Shown one piece after another: positions 8,346 to 16,927 of a stretch of 32,000 bases of DNA; positions within the stretch are counted from its first letter, which is position 1, and each line of letters starts with the position of its first letter. The translations under genes were made by a program, and so were the position numbers. The notes below the pieces were generated by a model, which ran no database searches, had not been told where the DNA came from, and worked only from the letters and a program-made list of their open reading frames with translations. This stretch comes from Pseudoalteromonas tetraodonis (GTDB taxonomy: Bacteria > Pseudomonadota > Gammaproteobacteria > Enterobacterales > Alteromonadaceae): assembly GCF_002310835.1 (NCBI RefSeq), contig NZ_CP011041.1, forward strand, positions 2,100,001-2,132,000, read 5' to 3'.

Positions 8346-8388
8346 AACAAAATAAAAACAAAAGCGCTGCTCAATAACAACGCTTTTA
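8346..8388 (+). other. Conserved tail module of the heptamer arrays (degenerate terminator-like hairpin)
   Basis: AACAAAATAAAAACAAAAGCGCTGCTCAATAACAACGCTTTT aligns with the tail after the bcp array (AACAAGATAAAATAAAAGCGTTGCTCAATGGCAACGCTTTT). By hand that is about 85% identity with one 1-nt indel. The stem here is weakened to AAGCG/CGCTT plus mismatches. Confidence 0.5.
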
Positions 8389-8545
8389 AATATTAGCTTT
8401 TCTTAAAAATCATAGAAAAGTTAGTGATAGTAATATCTTAGGTAATTTGTTAAAACTTTACAGAAGAAAAGTGAGCGTGGTATGGATATAAACCTGCACG
8501 ACTCGCGCACTATAAGATTATTAAATCGCTCAATAAGGACAAGTA

Positions 8546-9010
8546 TTGAATAAAGAAGAGTACAAGGAAAGTGGGATCTTATATGCGGTGTTTACTACCG
8601 TTTTATTATATTTCTTTTTTAAGATTACTTTAATTTTCTCTATGGGGTTAGATTGGAGCTCAATTTGTCTAAGCTTCCTTTGGGATAATATTGATACTGC
8701 AATTACACCTTTTACGGCATTTTTAATAGTGGCAGTTTTAAGCTGTGTCTGGTTTTTTTATTGCGCCATAAAGTACAAACGAAAAGTTGGCAAATCAGCA
8801 TATTTCCTATTGGCTGTTGGAGCGGTGTTTTATTACTTTTGGTTCAAAGGCTTTTACGGTTTTTGGCAGCTAATGAGCTACGAGAAAAAAGAAATTACTT
8901 TACAAGAGTTTTATGAAAAAACGGGTGGTACAGAAAGGTTGAAATTTTTGTTTGGTAATAAACTTAACGAAAATGTATTGTGCAAATCGCAATTGAACAA
9001 AAAAAATTAG
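8546..9010 (+). CDS. Hypothetical multi-pass membrane protein (about 4 TM, aromatic-rich)
   Basis: 154-aa ORF with a TTG start and AAGGA about 7 nt upstream; there is no in-frame ATG until MGLDW. Four hydrophobic segments are followed by a charged about 50-aa tail. I recognise no family. The local sequence looks AT-rich. Confidence 0.45.
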   Translation: MNKEEYKESGILYAVFTTVLLYFFFKITLIFSMGLDWSSICLSFLWDNIDTAITPFTAFLIVAVLSCVWFFYCAIKYKRKVGKSAYFLLAVGAVFYYFWFKGFYGFWQLMSYEKKEITLQEFYEKTGGTERLKFLFGNKLNENVLCKSQLNKKN

Positions 9011-9126
9011 AAGTGGGATAAAAACAGATTATTTTGTTCGTTCCCAACAAGTTATTGCCAACTATTTTCTGCCGTTTATTTACGGCGTTAACATGTTATA
9101 CACTTTTCAAAAAATGGAGTTTGAAA

Positions 9127-9429
9127 ATGAGAAAAGAGTTCGAATTCACGGTCAAGGGTCATAAAATTAAAATTGTTAACTCATGGTTTGGTGGTGCAAA
9201 ACTATATGTTGATGGCGATTTTCGTGATCAAGATTCTACTTTTATTGTTAATGGCAAAACAGCACTTCTTTCAGCTAAACTTGCTGATCTTGGTATTTTA
9301 GAGATTTTCCCCATATCTGCTTTAATATCTGTAGAAATGGATGCATTTTTAATTACGGACGATGAAAGGTTGCAAGTATACAGCTCACATAAGCGTTTAA
9401 CCTTAACACAGCAGCGATTAGCAAAATAA
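9127..9429 (+). CDS. Hypothetical small soluble protein (100 aa)
   Basis: ORF track gives 9034..9429 from a TTG. I prefer ATG 9127 (MRKEFEFTVKGHKIKIV...), which is preceded by GGAG. I recognise no family. Confidence 0.45.
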   Translation: MRKEFEFTVKGHKIKIVNSWFGGAKLYVDGDFRDQDSTFIVNGKTALLSAKLADLGILEIFPISALISVEMDAFLITDDERLQVYSSHKRLTLTQQRLAK

Positions 9430-9444
9430 ACACATAGGTAAAAT

Positions 9445-9717
9445 ATGAAACTATTAATGGCCCCTTTATTACTCATTATTGCTGGATGCAGTAGTGTTGC
9501 GCAAAAAGATGAAAAATATTCGCCGTGCTCTGAGGCATGGTTTAACTATGTTGAGCAGCAAATTAATACCGGTGACGGTTATGGACATGGGCCAGACATT
9601 GGCTCTTTAGAATGGCGCTCTGTGATCATGTTTAAACTCGGTATTAGAGATAAGCCAAATGTACCAGAATTAAATACACAGCTGTGGTGTCAGTTTATTG
9701 ATGAAAATTATATTTAA
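9445..9717 (+). CDS. Hypothetical small lipoprotein (90 aa)
   Basis: Signal peptide plus lipobox (LLLIIAGC). It starts 15 nt after the previous ORF. Two further Cys residues (C28, C82) could form a disulfide. Confidence 0.55.
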   Translation: MKLLMAPLLLIIAGCSSVAQKDEKYSPCSEAWFNYVEQQINTGDGYGHGPDIGSLEWRSVIMFKLGIRDKPNVPELNTQLWCQFIDENYI

Positions 9718-9756
9718 AGCCAGCTTAACTTTATGAGTTGAAATTTGTTTAGTTCG

Positions 9757-9777
9757 GTTGGGTTTATAACCCAACCT
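9757..9777. terminator. Hairpin between the convergent lipoprotein gene and queE
   Basis: GGTTGGGTT (9757-9765) TAT AACCCAACC (9769-9777): a perfect 9-bp stem, followed by TTGT. Confidence 0.6.
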
Positions 9778-9824
9778 TGTATCTACGTAATATAACTTAA
9801 CGCAGAGCAGCTTACAGCTGCCCT

Positions 9825-10502
9825 TTAACTAATCCCCAAATACTTATGAACTTGAATTGATAAGCGCCAGTTTTTGACGATACAAGTATCAATGGCTAAT
9901 TTAGTGGCTGAGGTTTTTTGGCTGATTGGCTGCAAATATACCAGTTTTGGGTTTACGCCGGTGGCGGTAAATAGCTCTTCCAGTTCTTCTACGTGTTTTT
10001 GCATAGCAACCGGGTGTTTAATTTCATCGGCGCGTTGCATAGCACTGCTCAATACTTTGTAACCACCGCGCATATTAATTTTTGGCGATACCGTGACCCA
10101 CGTTTGTGCAGGGGCGAGTATTTCGAAGGTGCCACTGGTTTCTATTTGTGTGCTAAAGCCATGATCATGCAGTAAATTACATACTGGGTTCAAATCATAC
10201 ATGCAAGGTTCGCCACCGGTTATAACAACATGCTTGGCGGTATAGCCACGGGATTTAAATAACTCCAGTACTTGCGAGGCACTGGCCTCAGCCCAATGAT
10301 CTGAGTCGGCTTTTTTTTCTACCGTGTCATCAAGTGATACTTTATATACGTTATCAACATCCCAAGTTTGCTTTGTGTCGCACCATGAACATCCCACAGG
10401 GCAACCTTGCAGGCGTAAAAAAATAGACGGCGTACCAGTAAAACTCGCTTCACCTTGAATGGTTTCAAACACTTCATTAATTTTGTACAAAAGAAATCTC
10501 AC
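9825..10502 (-). CDS. queE: 7-carboxy-7-deazaguanine synthase QueE (radical SAM)
   Basis: FETIQGEASFTGTPSIFLRLQGCPVGCSWCDTK is nearly identical to the E. coli QueE N-terminus, including the CxxxCxxC cluster motif. The ORF start is GTG 10502; a TTG four codons in (giving MYKINEVF) is an alternative. Confidence 0.9.
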   Translation of the reverse strand: MRFLLYKINEVFETIQGEASFTGTPSIFLRLQGCPVGCSWCDTKQTWDVDNVYKVSLDDTVEKKADSDHWAEASASQVLELFKSRGYTAKHVVITGGEPCMYDLNPVCNLLHDHGFSTQIETSGTFEILAPAQTWVTVSPKINMRGGYKVLSSAMQRADEIKHPVAMQKHVEELEELFTATGVNPKLVYLQPISQKTSATKLAIDTCIVKNWRLSIQVHKYLGIS

Positions 10503-10634
10503 TTACAACCTGACGGAAAATTGTTACTATTAGAAATCACAAAGCACGGTGCAAAAATTGTCATTTATGCCTTGGCCGTGTAGTATATCGCGCCCTGATA
10601 TAAACCTCTATCAAAACTAAAGAGCAAACCACGT

Positions 10635-11291
10635 ATGACGCAAAAAGTAGTTGTTATTTATTCCGGCGGTATGGACTCATTTACTGTATTAAATAAAGCC
10701 CTGCAGCAAGGCCATGATGTTTATGCCCTCTCGTTTGATTATGGTCAGCGTCATGTTAAAGAACTTAAAGTCGCCGCCAGCGTATGTGAAAAGCTAAATG
10801 TACCGCACAAAATTGTTGATATATCGGCAATTAATCAGCTTATTGGTGGTTCGTCGTTAACGGACGATATTGATGTGCCAGAAGGCCATTACGAAGAAGA
10901 AAGCATGAAAAGCACCATTGTGCCTAATCGCAACATGATTTTACTTTCTTTAGCGGTAGGTTATGCGGTGTCGCTTAAAGCAAGCAAAGTATATTACGGT
11001 GCGCATTCGGGCGATCATGCTATTTACCCAGATTGCCGCCCTGAGTTTGTTAAAAAGATGGATGATGTGTGTCGTATTGCTAATTACGATGCGGTAGAAA
11101 TTTTTAGCCCGTATTTAAATAATACTAAAATCGATATTTTAACCGATGGTATTAAAATGGGATTAGACTACAGCCAAACATGGACCTGTTATAACGGTCG
11201 TGATAAGGCCTGTGGCAAATGTGGCGCTTGCCAAGAACGTTTAGAAGCCTTTGAGCTGAACAACGTAACCGACCCGCTTGAATACGAGTAA
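10635..11291 (+). CDS. queC: 7-cyano-7-deazaguanine synthase QueC
   Basis: SGGMDS PP-loop motif and a C-terminal zinc-binding Cys cluster ([18 protein letters not shown]). It is divergent from queE. Confidence 0.92.
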   Translation: MTQKVVVIYSGGMDSFTVLNKALQQGHDVYALSFDYGQRHVKELKVAASVCEKLNVPHKIVDISAINQLIGGSSLTDDIDVPEGHYEEESMKSTIVPNRNMILLSLAVGYAVSLKASKVYYGAHSGDHAIYPDCRPEFVKKMDDVCRIANYDAVEIFSPYLNNTKIDILTDGIKMGLDYSQTWTCYNGRDKACGKCGACQERLEAFELNNVTDPLEYE

Positions 11292-11313
11292 AGTTTAAAA
11301 TAAGCACACTATA

Positions 11314-11337
11314 AGGCTACCAAGGGTAGCCTTTTTT
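11314..11337 (+). terminator. Rho-independent terminator after queC
   Basis: AGGCTACC (11314-11321) / GGTAGCCT (11325-11332), 3-nt loop, then a T-run. Confidence 0.75.
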
Positions 11338-11351
11338 AGTATGAAAAAACA

Positions 11352-11801
11352 TTAAAGCCAGCGTTTTACCCGCGATTTGTAATCCTCAAATTGCTCACCA
11401 AATAACTGATGTAACGCCCGCTCTTCGGGAATGATTTGAAACAGCGTTAAATAACCAACGTAGCCCACAATACCTAAAAAAGCCCAAATAGAGCTTAGCC
11501 ACACGCCCCACCCCGCCAGTATAAAAGCAAAGCCTAAATACATAGGGTTACGTGAGAGTTTATATACCCCTGAGGTAACTAAGCTTGTTGCTTGCTCAGG
11601 TTTATTTGGTAGTACCGTGGTTTTGGCTAAACGAAAACTGACGACCCCAGCAATACAAAAGAAACAACCTATGCCGACTAATCCTAATGCTAGGTAAGTT
11701 ATGAAGGCGGTAAAGTCTATTACTGTGTAATGCGCAATCAGTGCCATAACAGCAGCGAAAAATACCACAACGACAACCGGTGGAATTTTATTATTTAACA
11801 T
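11352..11801 (-). CDS. Isoprenylcysteine carboxyl methyltransferase (ICMT/PEMT) family membrane protein
   Basis: 149 aa with 4 TM segments, a RNPMYLG motif and a C-terminal EE..L...FG..F..Y pattern typical of this family. Confidence 0.7.
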   Translation of the reverse strand: MLNNKIPPVVVVVFFAAVMALIAHYTVIDFTAFITYLALGLVGIGCFFCIAGVVSFRLAKTTVLPNKPEQATSLVTSGVYKLSRNPMYLGFAFILAGWGVWLSSIWAFLGIVGYVGYLTLFQIIPEERALHQLFGEQFEDYKSRVKRWL

Positions 11802-11966
11802 ACCTATTCCTTGTATCGATTAAAAAAACTACATGGTTACTATATGGTGGCGGCACAAATAATAACAATGACTTTATAAATACAAATAAAGTTACAATTT
11901 ATTGCCTTTATCGGCGCTTAATTATGGTTATAATTTAAACTTAAAATAAAATTAAAGGAAGTAATT

Positions 11967-12209
11967 ATGTCTGGCACAACAATGATAGTTCTCATTGTAC
12001 TTATTTCTGTAGGTTCGGGGGTTATTTACGATATGTATAAAAAGCACCTTGAATTTAAACATAAAGTTCAAGACAACAATCAAGATGCTCATAAGCAACT
12101 AGCAGAAGTAACCGCGCAAGTGACTGAACTCAAACAGCGAGTACAAACACTTGAAGCCATTGTTACCGACTCAAGCTATAGCGTAAAACAAGAAATAAAC
12201 AAACTATAG
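11967..12209 (+). CDS. Small single-pass membrane protein with a C-terminal coiled coil (PspB-like architecture)
   Basis: 80 aa with AGGAAG RBS upstream. An N-terminal TM segment is followed by LKQRVQTLEAIVTD, reminiscent of E. coli PspB RIQALESILD. No pspA or pspC is adjacent, so I assign no symbol. Confidence 0.45.
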   Translation: MSGTTMIVLIVLISVGSGVIYDMYKKHLEFKHKVQDNNQDAHKQLAEVTAQVTELKQRVQTLEAIVTDSSYSVKQEINKL

Positions 12210-12220
12210 CCGTCCCTTAG

Positions 12221-13234
12221 TTATAAATAATTAGGGTATAAATGTGCATTTTCTGGCTGCTCTATACCATGGGCAGCTAAAAACCCGCCAATGGCTTGTC
12301 CACACCCTTGGGGTGCCCTGCCGCTGTCTATTTCAAAGTTTAACTGATTCGCCTCTTGCTTACCCATAGAACATAAACTAACTGAACTGGGTGAACGCAT
12401 GGCAATGCTTAGCTCCCCTACCTGCTCTGCGTGTACATCTTTACTAAAGCGCGCAAAGCCTCGGTATTTAAAATGCTCACTCACATACTCGTTACTTACA
12501 GCAACCAGTGCGGCAATAAAGCTATGTAAAAAGCTGTTGGTTGTTGCATCAGGTGCTAAAAATGACAAGGTTTTATTATTAAATTCGCTTAGCTGACAAC
12601 TATCGCAATGAAGTTTAACCGTATACACCTGCTCGCCGGTGATTATGGCTTGGCAGTTAATTAGCGCAATTTTATTATCCGCAAACACCAGGCGCTCTAT
12701 CAGGTCGTTCAATGAAATATTTTTAAACGATGTGCTTTTAACAAGCTCAGGGTTTTGCGCCATAACAGGTAAATCATGATGATTATTAAACGGCGTGCTG
12801 GTTGCGCCTTGATGCTGCAGCTGAAAAAGCTCTCTTACTTCATGCTCGCGTGCCACTTTCAATGCTAAAAATGCTGTTTGAATAAGCTCTGAGGTTGGCA
12901 AATTTTGCTCTACTGGCCAGCGACGACCAAACAGTAACTTTTTTGCTTTGTTCTCAGCACGGTAATTATCTGGACTAAGTACCGCCACTTGCAGATAAAT
13001 ATCACTGTTTTTTTCTGCAGCTAACACACTAAAGTGGGTAGAAAAACTAATGTCGTTAAGCACTTCATTAACGCTGGCTAGCGTATGTTTGTAACGTAAA
13101 AAATGCTGGGGAACAATCCAGTTATTATTGGCCAGTTGTACTAACGGCGCATACGAAATCGGTTGCTCGTAACTGTGTTGCCACTTTTGCCCATCGCCTA
13201 ATAATGGCTCAATTTTTATATTTTTATCTGACAT
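12221..13234 (-). CDS. Hypothetical protein (337 aa), no recognisable domain
   Basis: A long uninterrupted ORF, convergent with the small membrane protein with only 11 nt between their stops. I cannot place it in a family from sequence. Confidence 0.55.
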   Translation of the reverse strand: MSDKNIKIEPLLGDGQKWQHSYEQPISYAPLVQLANNNWIVPQHFLRYKHTLASVNEVLNDISFSTHFSVLAAEKNSDIYLQVAVLSPDNYRAENKAKKLLFGRRWPVEQNLPTSELIQTAFLALKVAREHEVRELFQLQHQGATSTPFNNHHDLPVMAQNPELVKSTSFKNISLNDLIERLVFADNKIALINCQAIITGEQVYTVKLHCDSCQLSEFNNKTLSFLAPDATTNSFLHSFIAALVAVSNEYVSEHFKYRGFARFSKDVHAEQVGELSIAMRSPSSVSLCSMGKQEANQLNFEIDSGRAPQGCGQAIGGFLAAHGIEQPENAHLYPNYL

Positions 13235-13328
13235 ATATAAACCAAATAAATCCGCCTGATGGCAAGATATTAACTATGAAGCACTTTACGTAGTTAATCA
13301 CAAAAACCGATCACACTGACAGGAGTAT

Positions 13329-13994
13329 TTAGCATTCAAATACTCGTTGATACTCTGTTATAACTTTTTGATAGTAAAGTCTATCTTTATTGAGCATTCG
13401 AGTATAATGGTTAAGCAATTGCTGCTGATATTGATGATGTTGTGGATTGTGTTTATCCCACATTTGAGCACCGGTTTGAGTGAGTGTTTGGCTGGCATTT
13501 ACACTAACGTGTAATACTTCGTAAAAACGTTTGTTTTCAACAATAATTTGCTCGTTTTCGAGCTTTAAATTACAGGCTTTTAAACCTTCGCGCACTTTGT
13601 AAAGATGCTGAATGGGGCAAATAATAAAACTGAGTTGGTGCAAGCTTTGCGGGTTGTTGGCAATAATTTGTTCAATAAGCTTTAAACATAAATCGCCCCC
13701 CACACCAGCAATAACCACCACTTGCTTTGCAGCTGTTGGCAATTTAATTTGCGCAACATCTTCGCAGCGCACTTGCCATGAAGGTAAAGATTTACCTTGC
13801 TCAAATTGTTGCAGCGACTGTTCGAGCGCTTCCATTAATGTTGGAATAATATCCACAAAATTTATATGTTTTGCTATACCGCGCTCAAGTAACGCCATCC
13901 CTAAAAAGCCATGATCGCAGCAACAATCCCAAACAATATCGTAAGGCTCTGTAATTAATGAATTGATGGCGTTTAAACGTTTACTCAGTTTCAT
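13329..13994 (-). CDS. TrmK-like tRNA (adenine-N1)-methyltransferase family protein (class I SAM MTase)
   Basis: The N-terminus MKLSKRLNAINSLI...DCCCDHGFLGMALLERG resembles TrmK/DUF633 (MKLSKRL...D.GSDH..L). It is the last gene of the uvrB operon. Confidence 0.6.
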   Translation of the reverse strand: MKLSKRLNAINSLITEPYDIVWDCCCDHGFLGMALLERGIAKHINFVDIIPTLMEALEQSLQQFEQGKSLPSWQVRCEDVAQIKLPTAAKQVVVIAGVGGDLCLKLIEQIIANNPQSLHQLSFIICPIQHLYKVREGLKACNLKLENEQIIVENKRFYEVLHVSVNASQTLTQTGAQMWDKHNPQHHQYQQQLLNHYTRMLNKDRLYYQKVITEYQRVFEC

Positions 13995-14002
13995 TTAACT
14001 CA

Positions 14003-14932
14003 CTATGTTTTTGTTTTGTACACCAATGCTTTTAAGCTTTTATCGCTATCAATTTCAATAAAGCGATCAGTCGGTTCTAGGCGTTTAACAAACTCAATAG
14101 CACCTTGAGTATGTTCTTGAATAAGTGCTTTAAAGTCGTTTTCTGAAAGCTCTGGGCTATTAGCGCATAACAACAGCTGTGTAGTATCGTTTAAAAGCTC
14201 AGGAAGTCTGCGCAGCACTTTTTGGTAGTCTTTTGTTAATATAAAACTGCCTTTTTGAAAGCTGGGTGGATCAACAATAATTAAATCAAACGGTGCGGCT
14301 TTTTTTAGCTTACCAAACGACTTTAAAATATCATGCGGTAAAAAACTGACGCCCCTATCAACATTGTTTAATTGATGGTTTTGCTTACCGACTTTTAACA
14401 CGCCTTTGCTCATATCCATGTTCATCACATGATCGGCACCGCCGTGCATAGCCGCTACCGAAAAACCACAAGTATAAGAAAACAGGTTAAGTACTTTGGC
14501 GTGTTTACTATTTTGCATGACAAACTCACGGCCTTTTCGCATATCTGGAAAAATACCGGTGTTTTGCTTACTCATTAAATCAACCAAAAAACGCACACCA
14601 TTTTCGGCTACGCTATGGCGCGCGGGCAATTGCCCGTGAACAAGGGTGTTATGGCTTTGTAGCCCCGCTCGCTGCTGATACACCAATGCAGTAATTAGCT
14701 CTGGATGATGTTGTTGTGCCCACTGCCATAATGTATCGGTGAGCGTAGTGAGTGTTACCTCATCAATTTCACTGTATGACACCAAAAACAAACTCGGTGG
14801 ATAAAAGTCTAAGTTAATATGGCTTAGCGCTTCTACGCTGTGGCCGCGACCATGAAATACGCGGCATAATTCGTTATCTGCAAAAGGCGTGTCTGCTAAT
14901 GCATTAATAAGAGGAGTAAAATCGATTGTCAT
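14003..14932 (-). CDS. Class I SAM-dependent methyltransferase, RlmI/RlmK-type catalytic domain (no PUA domain)
   Basis: VLNLFSYTCGFSVAA (motif I) and DLIIVDPPSF (motif IV, DPP). Its ATG directly abuts the uvrB TAA (TAAATG). Confidence 0.7.
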   Translation of the reverse strand: MTIDFTPLINALADTPFADNELCRVFHGRGHSVEALSHINLDFYPPSLFLVSYSEIDEVTLTTLTDTLWQWAQQHHPELITALVYQQRAGLQSHNTLVHGQLPARHSVAENGVRFLVDLMSKQNTGIFPDMRKGREFVMQNSKHAKVLNLFSYTCGFSVAAMHGGADHVMNMDMSKGVLKVGKQNHQLNNVDRGVSFLPHDILKSFGKLKKAAPFDLIIVDPPSFQKGSFILTKDYQKVLRRLPELLNDTTQLLLCANSPELSENDFKALIQEHTQGAIEFVKRLEPTDRFIEIDSDKSLKALVYKTKT

Positions 14933-16927
14933 TTAATTAATCAACTGTTGTTGTAGTTCATGTATTTCATCGCGTACAGAGGCGGCTTTTTCAAATTCTA
15001 AATCACTGGCGTAGGCATGCATTTTGGTTTCAAGCTGCTTAATTTGCGTGGCAATTTCTTTCGCACTAAGAATTTTTTTAGACTCTTTACGAATAAGCTG
15101 TAAGTTATCTTGTGGTGAAGCATCTTCACCTACATCCATTACATCGAGTATCTTTTTGATCAGTGCTTTAGGCTCAATACCGTGCTTAACATTATAAGCA
15201 TGCTGTATATCGCGGCGTCGCTGGGTTTCATCAATGGCTTTGGCCATCGACTTAGTGATTCTATCACCGTATAAAATAGCACGACCATCAAGGTGGCGCG
15301 CAGCACGGCCTATGGTTTGAATAAGCGAGCGAGCTGAGCGTAAAAAGCCTTCTTTATCGGCATCTAAAATAGCTACTAATGCCACTTCTGGCATATCTAA
15401 ACCTTCACGTAGTAAGTTAATGCCTACTAACACATCAAACACACCGGCACGTAAATCACGAATAATTTCGACCCGCTCTACGGTGTCTATGTCAGAGTGT
15501 AAATAGCGTACTTTTACATTATGTTCGCTTAAATAATCAGTTAAATCCTCAGCCATGCGTTTGGTCAGTGTTGTTACTAACACGCGCTCGCCTTTTTCAA
15601 CACTTTTATAAATTTCTGAGAGTAAGTCATCAACCTGATCGCCAACCGGGCGCACTTCTATTAATGGGTCAAGTAAGCCGGTTGGACGAATAACTTGTTC
15701 AGCAACCTCGCCATTGCTGCGCTCTAATTCAAAATCACCCGGTGTGGCCGACACATAAATAGTTTGCGGTGCAATGGCTTCAAATTCTTCAAAACGCAGT
15801 GGACGGTTATCCATGGCCGAGGGCATTCTAAAACCGTATTCAACGAGGTTTTCTTTACGACTTCTATCGCCTTTATACATAGCGCCAATTTGCGAGACAG
15901 TTACGTGCGATTCATCAATAATCATTAATGCATCGTCGGGTAAATAATCGAGTAATGTTGGCGGTGGATCACCAGGTGTACGCCCCGATAAGTAACGACT
16001 GTAGTTTTCAATGCCTGAGCAATAACCAAGCTCGGTCATCATTTCTATGTCGTATTGGGTACGCTGCGCAATACGTTGCTCTTCAACTAATTTATTAGCG
16101 CTGAGTAATTGTGCCCTGCGCTCTTTAAGCTCAACTTTTATTTTTTCGATGGCTTCGAGTATTTTTTCTCGTGGCGTTACATAGTGAGTTTTAGGGTAAA
16201 TAGTTGCACGCACTATATGTTTTTCAACAGCACCAGTGAGGGGGTCAAAAATACTTAGGCGTTCAACTTCATCATCAAACATTTCTACACGTACTGCATA
16301 GGTATCTGATTCAGCGGGAAATATATCCACCACTTCGCCGCGAACACGATATGTACCACGACTAAAATCAATATCGTTACGGGTGTATTGCAGCTCTGCA
16401 AGGCGGCGCAGCATATCGCGCTGGTCGACTTTTTCGCCCACTTTTAAAAGCAGCATCATTTTCATGTATGAATCAGGATCGCCCAGACCATAAATCGCCG
16501 ATACCGACGCAACGATTATGGTATCGCGACGCTCTAACAGCGCTTTAGTGGCGCTGAGCCGCATTTGCTCAATGTGTTCATTGATGGATGCATCTTTTTC
16601 AATAAAGGTGTCGCTGGCTACCACGTAGGCTTCTGGTTGGTAGTAATCGTAGTAAGATACAAAGTACTCAACTGCATTATGCGGGAAAAATTCTTTCATC
16701 TCGCCGTATAATTGCGCCGCTAAGGTTTTATTGTGCGCCATAATAATAGTGGGGCGATTTAAATCACTAATGATGTTAGCCATCGTGAAGGTTTTTCCCG
16801 TCCCTGTTGCGCCCAATAAGGTTTGATGAGCAAGCCCTGCTTCTAAACCTTCGCACAACTGAGCGATAGCGGTAGGCTGATCCCCAGCGGGTTTAAATTT
16901 TGATTCTAACTGAAAATGATCGCTCAA
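14933..16927 (-). CDS. uvrB: Excinuclease ABC subunit B
   Basis: 664 aa, collinear with E. coli UvrB from residue 1 ([14 protein letters not shown]...[12 protein letters not shown]), with helicase motifs and a C-terminal UVR domain. The start codon is TTG (16927-16925), preceded by AGGAG, and it overlaps the stop of the upstream MATE gene (cATTGAgc). Confidence 0.97.
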   Translation of the reverse strand: MSDHFQLESKFKPAGDQPTAIAQLCEGLEAGLAHQTLLGATGTGKTFTMANIISDLNRPTIIMAHNKTLAAQLYGEMKEFFPHNAVEYFVSYYDYYQPEAYVVASDTFIEKDASINEHIEQMRLSATKALLERRDTIIVASVSAIYGLGDPDSYMKMMLLLKVGEKVDQRDMLRRLAELQYTRNDIDFSRGTYRVRGEVVDIFPAESDTYAVRVEMFDDEVERLSIFDPLTGAVEKHIVRATIYPKTHYVTPREKILEAIEKIKVELKERRAQLLSANKLVEEQRIAQRTQYDIEMMTELGYCSGIENYSRYLSGRTPGDPPPTLLDYLPDDALMIIDESHVTVSQIGAMYKGDRSRKENLVEYGFRMPSAMDNRPLRFEEFEAIAPQTIYVSATPGDFELERSNGEVAEQVIRPTGLLDPLIEVRPVGDQVDDLLSEIYKSVEKGERVLVTTLTKRMAEDLTDYLSEHNVKVRYLHSDIDTVERVEIIRDLRAGVFDVLVGINLLREGLDMPEVALVAILDADKEGFLRSARSLIQTIGRAARHLDGRAILYGDRITKSMAKAIDETQRRRDIQHAYNVKHGIEPKALIKKILDVMDVGEDASPQDNLQLIRKESKKILSAKEIATQIKQLETKMHAYASDLEFEKAASVRDEIHELQQQLIN

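Noticed and set aside
7760-8377. 205-aa ORF translating to (QGSRFKV)n
   Set aside because: It is simply the (AAGGTTC)79 microsatellite read in one frame. A 7-nt repeat is open with 21-nt periodicity in several frames. It has a TTG-type start, no RBS and no non-repeat protein body, so I treat it as non-coding.
9034-9126. N-terminal extension of the 9127..9429 ORF from a TTG at 9034
   Set aside because: The extension (MFVPNKLLPTIFCRLFTALTCYTLFKKWSLK) has no RBS. The internal ATG at 9127 has a GGAG at proper spacing, so the shorter form is preferred, though this is not proven.
10503-10634. preQ1 riboswitch in the queE/queC divergent region
   Set aside because: I can see no compact hairpin-pseudoknot with the conserved preQ1-I loop features. 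The region looks like ordinary divergent promoters. I cannot exclude it without a covariance-model scan.
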